From Leucoraja ocellata (taxonomy: Eukaryota), in NCBI GenBank assembly GCA_036785375.1, contig JAWMAR010000211.1:2914001-2978000 (forward strand): a DNA stretch of 64,000 nucleotides, given 5' to 3'. Each line of letters opens with the position of its first letter. The stretch's first letter is position 1. The notes under the pieces were generated by a model that saw only the letters and a list, made by a program, of their open reading frames with translations, searched no databases and was not told the DNA's origin. This document shows positions 13,790-25,000 of this stretch, in pieces. Position numbers and translations under genes: made by a program.

Positions 13790-14953
13790 GCGAGGCTTGG
13801 AGGGTTGAGCTGGTGGTTGCCCTTTCCGCATCCTCGCTGTGGGCTGGCTGGGGCCTGCCCCTAAAAAAGACCTTGATGCTTCTTGTGTCGGTCTTCCACT
13901 TGTGCTGGGCCCCCTGGGCGTGTATCGCCTGGAGCTGTAGGGTGCATCCTTTGCGACGGACCCTTTTGCGTGTTCTGGCCTTTGTTATGAGGCGGACAGT
14001 TTTTGCCTCGTCGTCCAGATCCCGCACCTGCCTTGGCAGATCTTCACAAAATAGATAGTTGGCTGGCTGGACATTGCTGGCCTTACATAGCACAGCACAT
14101 TTTGAGTTAATTGATGGTCTCATTGCGTTTTTACGCAGGCAATTAATCTCAAAATGGGCATTACACAGTAACGCCATGGTGTCTTGCTCTCTATCGCTGA
14201 GGAGTCTTCCATCCACTCCTCAAGCCACTAATTTGAGGACTTTCTGGAGTTTCATCTCCTGTGTCCTGACTGCTGGTCCAATCTGTCCCCAGATGGCATG
14301 GTTCACAGCTTGAACATTGAGGGAAGCACAGTTTGCAGGTGGGGGGGGGGGGGGGGTTGGGGGTACCTATTCATAGTTTCCTCCATGGCCAGTCCTTTTA
14401 ACTGGTGGGATGCCAAGTAATTTATATTACTAGCCAGGTCTTCACCCGGGGTGCACCCAATGGTGTAGTTATAGCGAACCTGGATGACTGAACTGAAGCG
14501 GCACTTCTGCCCCGCGTCCCTGGGAATGCTTCCCCACGGTGCTCCCATATTCAGAGTCAGGATATTGTCGTCCTGATGTACTTCCCCCTTCTATGGAGAA
14601 GACAATTTGCTGCCCCATGTAAGAGGCTGATGGCACGGCCTGCTGTGGAGACCCGTGCTGATACTGCTCCCTCCTACGGAGCAGATCATGTGTGAGAGTC
14701 GTGCACGGACGCTTCCCGATGATGGAGGGAATCCCTCCTCCCCTGACTCATCTGAGTCAACGGGTTTGGCAGACTTATGTGTGGCTTTGCGTCCTGCCGG
14801 GACCACCACGGTGCTCTCCTCCCGCACCAAGTCTTCTCCTGCCGGATCTGCTGCCGGCGGCAATGTCGGCGAAAGAGACAGTCGCCCGATACCCGGATTA
14901 CCGCGGTCTTCGGTAGCCGACTTCCCCACAGACCATCTCTTTACCTTCGACAT
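13790..14953 (-). pseudogene. DIRS gag-like ORF1 (frameshifted)
   Basis: MSKVKRW... followed by ALLCNAHFEINCLRKNAMRPSIN...YLFCEDL, in the DIRS gag position and with a typical LR...LFG-like signature. Confidence 0.7.
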
Positions 14954-15782
14954 CCCGGGTCTCCTGAAAACACAATTATTTTCGCAACCCGCAAAGACCG
15001 CAGATTAGTTTAAAAAACTTACCTGCCGCTTTTTAAACCTAACCGCTGGGAGGCCGCAATGCCTCTGCCAGTTGGTCGCTGTGCGTAGCTCTCAGACATA
15101 ATGACGCTCACGCAGACGGACGGCCCTTCTTCACGTAGTCACTCACGTGACTCCGAAGTAAAATTGATTTGGTATTAGTGTAAATTGTCCTTAGCGTGTG
15201 TAGGATAGTGTTAATGTGCGGGGATAGCAGGTCACTGCGGACTCGCTGGATTGAAGGTCCTGTTTCCGCACTGTATCTCTAAACTTCTTTTTTGCGTGTC
15301 CATCTTGTTACAAATGTTGGCCTCGCTGTCATCGTCCGTCCTGAAAAGGACACAAGCTTCCGGCGACAATCAGTGGAAGCCGTCACTTGTTGCAATAGAT
15401 GATGGTGGTAGCAGAATTAGCTCAGGATACTTCCAGTTTCCAGCCCCGCGACGTGGACGCTTCTGCTATGGGGCCACCTCTAAACTAAAAACTAAACTCT
15501 GTGGAGGAGGAGAGAGGGTGGGGTGGGGGTGAGTGGTGGGAGCATTGGTTGTGGGCAAATGTGGGGAAGCGGATGAATACATGGTCTGCTACGAGGTGAA
15601 AGGAAATGTTGATCAGTGGGTAAACACGGTGGAGCAGCTGGTAGTACTGCTGCCTCACAGCACCCGTGACGTGGCTTCAATCCAGACCTCCAGTGCTGCC
15701 CACGTGAGTTTACACATTGTCTCCGTTTTGTGCTGTGTGATTCTATGACCTCTATGCACTCTTGTCAGAGAAGCTTGTCAGG

Positions 15783-16094
15783 GCGGCAGGGTGGCGCAGC
15801 GGTAGAGTTGCTGCCTTACAGCACCAGGGACCCAGTTTTAATCCTGACTACGGGTGCTGCCTGTACGGAGTTTGTACATTCTCCCCGTGACCTGCATGGG
15901 TTTTCTCCTGGATTTCTGGCTTCCTCCCGCACTCCAAAGATGTACAGGATTGGAGGTTAATTGGCTTAGGAAAATGTAAAATTGTCCCTAGTGTGTGTAG
16001 GGTAGTGTTAATGTGCGGGGGTCGCTGGTCGGTACGGATTAGGAGGGCCGAAGGTCCTGTATCCACGCTGTATCTTTAAACTAAACTAATCTAA
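15783..16094 (+). mobile_element. HE1-like SINE (partial copy also at about 15625-15730)
   Basis: Same consensus as the SINE at 6037. Confidence 0.85.
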
Positions 16095-16824
16095 AGGTTT
16101 AGTGAGGCTTCAACTCTAGCATACAAATCTATGCTGTCAGGCTGATAGACAGCTGATGATACTGCCTCCATCAACTGGAGCTAAGGGTGGGATTGGTATA
16201 TACTAAGTCACATTACTGTCTCTGATAAAGACTGGGGAAATTATTTCCAGTGACCTGGACAATATTTACTCTCAGTCAACATTGCATGGTCATTATTTCA
16301 TTACTGTTTACTGCGAGAAGACTTACTGTTGTTGTGCGTCCTGTGCTGACTACATTTTAAAAGTCGAAGAAGCTTTGTGATGTTTAGAAAGGTGCAATAA
16401 AAATGCAAATCTTTATTTTGTTATCGTGGAGCTTGAGCTCCTTGGCATGATCTGTTTACTCGACATATATTTGGCAGCTTTTAGCTGTGCGGACGCTAAT
16501 GCCGTTAGCAATACGGCAGCTGTGAGATTCACGCCATACAAATCAGTCACCATATTGGTACTGAATTGGCACCAGAGTGCTAGAAAAACAAGGCTATAGA
16601 GCCAATTTTTGTAGCTAGCAGAGTAATGAGTTCCGGTTTATGTTGCAAAATGTTTGCATTTTGAAATTAATGACAAAAGCTTTGCTATCATTTAATTTAG
16701 CTTGGAAATGTAAGAGGTATAAATTAGATTTTTACCGCGTCTAATCCAAAACTTAACATTAACCTAACCAAAATTTGGTATTTTGCTCAGTATGATAGGA
16801 TTTGGGAAAGAGAATGGCCACTTA

Positions 16825-17339
16825 AGGGGCTATCCCACTTGGGCGACCTAATTGGTGAGTCCAGAAGAGTTTGAAAACCTCCTTCGACTATGTTGAAGAT
16901 GTCCTTTGACCTCCTTCGACTATGTTGAAGACTAGCTTCGACTAGCTACGACTAACTTCGGGAAAATTGGACACCAAATAGTGGGGAGTGAAGATGACCT
17001 CCTTCGATCTCCTTCGACTTCCCATCGACTATGATGAAGACTATCTACGACTACCTTTGACTACCCTCGATTACCTACGACTAACATGCCGACCTACTAC
17101 GACCTACTACAACTAAACCTACGAGTAAAAAAAGCATAAATTTTTACCATGGCGACCTTTTTTCACTCGCGGGCATTTTTTAACATTGTGAAAAAAACGT
17201 CGCGACCTAGCTGAGGCCTCGAGCACGCGGAGACCACTCTCGAGCATGAAGGAGAGTTACGAAGACCTCCTACGACCTCGTGTCGACCATGCTGCGAGCA
17301 TGAGTCGAGGGCAAACTCGCCAGAAGTGGGACAGGCCCT
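16825..17339. mobile_element. Harbinger-like MITE with internal (CGACTA/CGACCT)-rich tandem repeats
   Basis: TIRs aggggctatcccactt and aagtgggacaggccct; flanks tta and ttg. Confidence 0.7.
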
Positions 17340-17346
17340 TTGTCAC

Positions 17347-18018
17347 TAAGATAGGAATGAAAAGCTGGAGTAACTCAGCGGGACAGGCAGCATCTCTGGT
17401 GAGAAGGAATGGGTGAAATTTTGAGTCAACAATCTTTTCTCGAAGGGTCACCCATTCCTTCTCTCTCAAGATGCTGCCTGCCTCACTGAGTTACTCCAGC
17501 CTTTTGTGTCTATCTTCTGTTAAACCAGCATCTGCAGTTCCTTCATGCACATTTCATCACTTATTCTCTTGTGTAGCCTCCATTGTCCATTGTAGGCTGG
17601 GATGATAAATGACTTTACAATAAAGACTCTTTTTGACTGTGAATGTCATGGAGCTTCAAAACATTTAATTTCAAAGAGAAATCCTGTGGCATCCTGTGAT
17701 CCTGTGGCAGCAGTAGGCCGTTAATGCTGGTAAAGTCTCTCTCTGTACCAGATGAATCACAAACAAGAAGAGGGAGCCGGCCTTCCAATGTGACACTGAA
17801 CCCAGGGTCACGTTGATCAGCATGGTCTAAAGCCCCCATGTGCAGGAAGGATCTGCAGATGCTGGTTTACATCAAAAATAGACACAAAATGCTGGAGTAA
17901 CCCAGCGGTACTGGCAGCACATTCTTTCTATCCAGACATGCTGCCCGTCCCGCTGAGTTACTCCAGCATTTTGTGTCTATGTTCGGTGTAAACCTGCATC
18001 TTCAGTTCCTTCCTGCAC
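17347..18018. mobile_element. Two inverted Penelope-like pLTR pairs (about 17347-17550 and 17838-18018)
   Basis: gctggagtaactcagcgggacaggcagcatct paired with its reverse complement. Confidence 0.75.
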
Positions 18019-19184
18019 CTGAATCTGGTGGTACATACCTTCATGCTTTTATATCTGCTGCCATTCCGCCCATGCCTAATAAACAGTGACCTTTAACATC
18101 AAGAAGAACGAGAATGTCAGGGAGCAAGGCTAACTGCAGGTTCCTTTCAAATCATCCTGTTTTAATTTTTTTTCACCATTTCTTTATCATCATGAGATCT
18201 AAATCCTGGAATTCCCCACCCAACAGCATTCATTCTTGAAGCAGTGGGAGATCGTCTTTGTATTATTTGCACAGAATTTTACTCGAAACATTTTTCTTTA
18301 ATTCACTTATGGAATATGGGCATTGTCACTAATGTTGCTGCCACTTATCAGTCCTCGTCCAAACACTGGCCACTCATTGCTGGATGCAGGAATGGACTTA
18401 CATTGCTCAGGAGTCAGGAACGTAGCTGCACTCACCAACACGCAGAGGAAAGACAAAACAGCTAAAGATGATCAGGCCCAGCACATTCTCCCTATTAACT
18501 CCTGCAACTTTGTACTGAGACTAGCCCTTGCAATCCCTCTTCTTTGATTTTCCCTTTTAAAGTTAACTTCTACAATTACCAGTCAAAATATTTTTTTATG
18601 TTACTTGGTGTGAATATTTTCTTATGTTAATTACTTCATAATATCCAGCTGTTGCAAAGTGCCTCAAGACATTTTACTAACTAAAAGTCACAATATATAC
18701 AAATTAGAACTGCCGGTGATAATAATACATGTTAGAATAAGATTGAGAATTCCCATTGGAAAACTGATTTGGAAAACGTCACAAATTGGTTCAGTGTATT
18801 ACCATCAAGTTATTTTAAAGGTGATTTCAAATGTTCATATAAATTATAACTGCAGTTGACAGATATGAAGATTATTGAAATGTTGATTACTGAAATTCTA
18901 TTTGTCTGGAAAGTTAAGCTCCCAAGATTTGAGAAGTGAGGTTAAAAGATATTATTTGTGATGGATGGAGTGATAAAAATTCATCAGGTCCCAACCTGTT
19001 ATAGAACTGAACTTGATCTTGTTCTAGCTATGTGGTCTATTTCATAAAAATATGAATGTACTATCAAAATATCACTATGATATTTCACATCATTGTACTT
19101 GTGGATGGATTCTTAAAATGCATTCAAATTTTTTACATTCTTCGACTGATCTGAAATCCAAAGCTGACACTTGCACACATTTTA

Positions 19185-19615
19185 ATTTGGTTTAGTTTAG
19201 AGATACAGCATGAAAACAGGCCCTTCGGCCAACAGACCATCGATCCCCGCACACTAACAGTAGCCTACACACACTAGGGACAATTTTACATTCATACCAA
19301 GCTAATTAACCTACACACATGTACATCTTACAGGGAAGGTGGCAACTCAAGGACACAAAACCCTGTAAGGACCGCACACTATCCCCGCACACTAACACTA
19401 TACTACACCCACTAGGGATAATTTACAATTTTATCATAGCCAATTAACCTGCAAACCTATACGTCTTTGAAGTGTGGGAGGAAACCGGAGCTCCCGGAGA
19501 AAACCTACGCAGGTCACGGGGAGAATGTACAAACTCCGTACAGAAAGCACCCATGGTCAGGATCGTACCTGGGTCTCAGGCGCAGTAAGGCAGCAACTCT
19601 ACCGCTGCGCCACTG
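19185..19615 (-). mobile_element. HE1-like SINE with internal duplication
   Basis: atccccgcacactaaca...ctaggga..atttaca occurs twice (near 19243 and 19381). Confidence 0.8.
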
Positions 19616-19766
19616 TGGAGGAAAAATTAATTCAACAGATTTTATTGGATCAACACATAAATTTAACGTGATCATATTAGTTATAGTAAACTGCATATAG
19701 TGTCTGAGATTTAATATGTTGCAACATGGCAATGCTCATCAACCTGTATTGTTATTTGTTCTACAG

Positions 19767-19937
19767 GATACATTTGAGGTTTTGGCAGAAAACTGCGAGT
19801 TCGATGAAAACGCTGGCTCCTTTGTGGCATATTCACGGGCAACATCAATGTTAAAATCACTTCCTTATCCAATAACTGGAATGAATGACCTGGAGGGACT
19901 GCCTTGTCTTGGAGACCAAACAAGAGTTATAATTGAG
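19767..19937 (+). CDS. DNTT: TdT exon (equivalent to mammalian exon 4; 8-kDa domain), DTFEVLAENCEFDENAGSFVAYSRATSMLKSLPYPITGMNDLEGLPCLGDQTRVIIE
   Basis: Bounded by ttctacAG| and |GTacga; 171 bp. Peptide aligns by eye with human TdT DAFDILAENCEF...RAASVLKSLPF...EGIPCLG...IIE. Confidence 0.92.
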
Positions 19938-20157
19938 GTACGAAACATTGTAAAAAGCTCTACAAGTCATTGTTGTTGACGCTGCTAGAACAGAGATTGA
20001 ATATTACAAACCTCTTCAAGTCAACCACATAATCTGAAGAGGACTGTATCTTCATTTGTTAATATTGAATTCTGAAATGCTGAGCATGACTACTGATATC
20101 AATATTTTCTCAATGATTTAGTTTGATCATGTCGACGGGGCTGACATTAATATGTTG

Positions 20158-20283
20158 TCAGTTTGAAGAAGGGTCTCAACCCGAAACATCACCTATTCCT
20201 TCTCTCCAGAGATGCTGCCTGTTCCGTTGAGTTATTTTGTGTCTATGTTCGGTGTAAACCAGCATCTGCAGTTCCTTCCTGCA
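20158..20283 (+). mobile_element. Penelope-like pLTR fragment
   Basis: tgaagaagggtctcaacccgaaacatcacc...ccagcatctgcagttccttcc. Confidence 0.75.
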
Positions 20284-21747
20284 TAATGATATGTTATCCT
20301 TTCATTCATGCTCAGTGTGGATATCGTCATATTCTTTAACTTTTTAATGTATAACTTTCATACTCATCCTTTTGACATCCTAACCCTTTAACCAAAACAA
20401 ACTACTGTCAAATTCCAGCCCCACATTTCTCCTAACATCAATTACGTCAAATCCTCCACATATCAGACTGAAGATACACTGTTTGAGGAAACAGGTACAT
20501 AGCATTTCAAAAGTAGCCAAGTGAACACTTGAAATGGCATTGCATATGAAGCCATGGATCAAGTGCTGATAAATGGGACTACTATATATGGATGTTAGAT
20601 AGTCTGCATGGACATGCTGGGCTGAAGAGCCTGCTTCTGTGATATACCTCTATGATGTGTGGCACTTTACTTCCTCACACTACATTATTTAGTTAACCCT
20701 CTGCTATCACTTGGTACCCACTCCTCAATTCTTGGTTTTACCCCCTGTAAAGAAGTGTTGAAACACACAATGTCTTCACAACTAGTTTTATTACTAACAT
20801 TTATATTGATACACATTTGTGCCCTAGCTGTCCGTGGTCTGTCACTGGAGCTAGAGAGAGAGCTGGAGGTGGGGAGGTTACAATTATACTGAAGATAATG
20901 GGGAGTGGTTAGTAGTGGTGAGGTCACTATGTTAAAGGAACATGCACTGATCTACACCCCCTTTTTCTTGTAAGATCATCTGGCTTGCCATATGCACTGG
21001 ATCACACTTCTGGTCCATTTTGTGAAGAATACTGTGGTGCTTGAGTGCATCCATTTGTCTTTACGCTGTGAGAAAATGAAATTGGTGGTGTCTCATTCTA
21101 GTTCTATGTGACTAAACATGTGGACTGTTGCTACGGAGCCATGTCCACCCCTCAACGGGTACCAACTTCTTCCTCCCTTTGCTGCTGAAACTTGGGGATT
21201 AATGTCCAGTCATCCTTTCCCAAAGAATCGTTAGACATGAGAGGATGTAAGTGACGATGATGAGATTGAGAAATAGTAGGGAAGTTAACTCCATTCAGTT
21301 CAGTTTAGTTTATTGGCAAGTGTACCGAGGTACAGTGAAAAGCTTTTGTTGCGTGCAAACCAGTCTGCAGATAGACAATACAAGATTACAAACAAGCCAT
21401 TTACAGTGTAACATGATTACAAATGAGCCATTTACAGTGTACTAACTATCACCCATCACATTTGAGCACAATACAGGAGGAGAGGGAGATTGGCGAATGC
21501 CTGGATCCGATCACGTGCCATCTTTTTCATTGCCCATTGCCTTCAGTTTTAAGTTGCCCTCTCTGCCCCCCCCCCCCCCCCCGCTCCCCTTTCTCATGTC
21601 ACATTGGGCTTTTCTCCAGGGAAACATAACTCGAGAGCAATCTTTCAAATGCAGCAGAAAATACAAATGGTGTTTCAAAGGTTCGAAATTGCCAGCATAA
21701 TTATATGGCTTGCTATTGATTAAAATTGATTTAATGTGTTCATGCAG

Positions 21748-21819
21748 GAACTTCTGGAAGAAGGAGTTTGCTCCAGGGTTGAAAGTTTGTTATGCGATGA
21801 GAAGTATAAAGCAAGAAAG
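21748..21819 (+). CDS. DNTT: TdT exon (exon 5 equivalent), ELLEEGVCSRVESLLCDEKYKARK
   Basis: Bounded by catgcAG| and |GTaaat; 72 bp, phase 0/0. Matches TdT [24 protein letters not shown] and Pol mu ELLEHGVCEEVE. Confidence 0.9.
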
Positions 21820-22051
21820 GTAAATACTAGACAATGGGTGACAACACAAGGTTCAAATTGTTTACAGTGATTATAGAGAATGTACTGGGAAATATGAACA
21901 TGTTGCAGGGCAGCAACCCATTGTAGGTATCAGTGGAAAGGAATGTCATATTAGGTGGGCAACATAGGGGATGCTTAGAATGTCTAATAGGTGTTGGTAT
22001 GCACCGGAGGAATGTGCATAATGAATGTTAAGGATTGAAAGTGTAATGAAC

Positions 22052-25000
22052 AATAGTAAGATTAAACGAGAACTTACCAGTTTGAAGTTTGATCTGTATT
22101 TTATGAGTAGTTACGATGAGGGATTACGTGAAGAGCCCGCTCAGCACGCATGCGCGATATTCTTCAAAGCAGCGGTGTGGAATCACAGACAGACACAGTT
22201 CTTGAAATAAACATAGTAAAGAAAAGGAGACCTTAGTTATCATTGACCCATATTATTGAGGGTGGGAGCGGAGGGCACGTAATCCCTCATCGTAACTCCT
22301 CATAAAATACACATCAAACTTCAAACTGGTAAGTTCTCGTTTAATCTTACTATTTTACTTCGGAGTCACGTGAGTGACTACGTGAAGATTTTAAAGCTCT
22401 GTGATTTCAAACCGTGTAACAGTTCATACTTCACTCGCTGCCGAAGTCTTTCGAGGGAGGAAATATGTTATCGTAATCAACCATGAATCTGTTTGTAAAA
22501 ACAATAATGGTGTTATTAACAACAAGACCAAATGCTCCCTCCCCCGGGCTTAAATTATATATTTTTTTGCAGATTCTTTTTCTGCAAATGATACAGGTTC
22601 TTTCAGTGGTTTGTTATAAAAGTTTGGAACGTATACTCCCTAGACCACCCCGGTGTAGCCAGGATGTGGTCCATTGGCACGTCCATCCTCTTAGTCACTG
22701 ATGTGGATGCTGTCCTGGTGGAGTAAGATTTATACACGTTAATATGTACTCCAGCGACTCCCAGTACCTGCTTGAGCCACTTGAGAGTTTGGCTCATCAC
22801 CTGACCATAACGTTTCTTGTGGCTGACCCATAAGGCTTTTTCTCTCCCTCGAGAATTACTTATTGTGTCAATGTAGTTCAATAAGTGGGTCATGACACAT
22901 AACCGTGGTTCAGGTGGGTATGCCCGGAAATCCATGACTAGACCTGATGTTCCTGGTCTGCTCTGTTTGCCCAGTCCCTAATGGTAATGTAACATGGTGT
23001 ACTGGACCATATTGTCCAATCGTAGTGGATGGAGGAAACTGGACTCTTTGTGCTGAGACAAGGCCATCAGCATGTCCCTTCAGGGTGGGCTGTTCCAGGG
23101 TGAGGGACCTGGCTGGTGACCATCCCCTAAGGTACGTCAGGTCCACACTGACATCCCAGATTTGGGTGTACCTGGGTCTGGGGGATTAACCTCTCCTGAA
23201 TTTGATCACCAGCGGGAGTTACCCTATGGCCTGTGGTCCTGGCACCCGAGTTAAGTAGGCTGACAGAGCACTTCTGGCTGAATCCTTTTTTCCTGTCAGA
23301 ACTCCAGTACAGGTTTTTGTTGTAGTTGAATGTGTAGTTCCTGTGTTTGAGCAGTTTCTTCCCACTTCTTGATGTTCGTCAGGTATGTTCCCTAGTGGAC
23401 ATGTGACAGAATGCTGTCATCACGTTGATAGTGCTGTCTGATCCAGGCCGAGCAGTGGTCTTCCCAATTCTGCAATCCAGGCCCAGCAGTGGTCTTTTAA
23501 TGGCCATGTCCAGGACCACTGGGAACCATGACTGTGGGTTTAGTCCACTGTATTTTGCGTAGTACCCAACTGATGAGGCCCTAGTACCTATTGATGAGGT
23601 AGAAGAAGGGGAGAACATAGAGATTAGATCCCCCCCCCCCCCCCTCAATACGTGGGAATGTATCCATAGCCGCTGCCTTGAGTTTGGTTTCATGCGACAT
23701 ACATTGGTACGTGGTGCTTTAATTGGAATATAAGGAAGTTGATATCTGGTGACCATATTGCTTTGTAATCTCAGCAAATATTTTGGTTTAAATGTTCGTT
23801 TACAGTATTTAGCTCACCTGATAGGTAAGTTACTGATGGTTAAACATGTTTGACGACATACGGTTACCAATTGTTAAATAAATTGTCACATGATATCGAT
23901 TTTATTCCGCCCAAGTGGTTTGGTATATGTCACCACTGTGATGTTGTTAGTTTATAAACGAACATGCAAAACGGTGCACTACTGAGCAATATGCTTCACT
24001 AATGGAAAGTAATTTTATTATATAGCACGTTTAAAGTCAACTCGCATTGGCACCAAGTGCTAGCAAAGCTCAGTATCTATATTAGGACACACAAGAATGT
24101 TACTCAAGAAAAAAATGTGGAAAGCATACAAATACAATCCTCCTTCTCTGAAGAGCTTGAGGCTGCTACACAATTGCATTTACAAATGAATTCCATAATG
24201 ACACTGGCCACTTAAAACAACTTTGGATGTTTGCATACCATAGAAAAAGGTTAACAAACAAGAAAAAAATGGACATAACACATGTATAGAGTTTGACACA
24301 TACGTCCCCCCACAGCAGAATCAATCTCCACTGTGGAGAAGGCATCAGAAATGTTAAGTTCTCTTCCTATGAAAAACCCCGAGGTCAGGTCCATTTGTGG
24401 CCTTACAGCCAGTCCGATCAATATACTCAATAGAACATACTCAAAATTACTAACTAGGTTAATGCCCAGTGTCTAAGTGATGACAACTCCAGATAGCCCA
24501 TTTGCCACCATATTCTAGGTATGGAATATAGTTGAACACTAGTATCCAGCTCACTGGAAAGGTACAATGTTCAGTAGCTAGTAAAGCTGCTACTGATCAC
24601 AATACTCTATCACGTAGACGATAGGTGGTTGATGTGCCATAACTGATAGTATTAATGAATTCCAGATAGACAATGTTGTGGATGGGCTCAACGTAGATAT
24701 CTGGATATATGACAGAGCCCAGGCTAAATAAGTTAGTAGCTAATGCTGCTGATAGCTACATCCAAGGATAGTCTGTCATGAATATATAGGCATGCCATGA
24801 CGTAATATTCCTTAAAGTGTCAGGGCTGTTTTGATTCTGGATAGCTTCAGCTCATATTAGCCAAGTCTAGTCACATACATATGCGAGATGTGCAGTGAAT
24901 GAAAAATTGCAATATAACCATATAACCATATAACAATCACAGCACGGAAACAGGCCATCTCGACCCTTCTAGTCCGTGCCGAACACATAATCTCCCCTAG

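Larger units (their letters stand above)
10380..15164 (-). mobile_element. Full-length DIRS1-type tyrosine-recombinase retrotransposon (copy A, decayed)
   Basis: ITRs at 15102-15137 and 10453-10488. ICR at 10607-10717 is complementary to both termini. gag, RT, RNase H, MT and YR coding remnants. AAT at both junctions. Confidence 0.95.
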
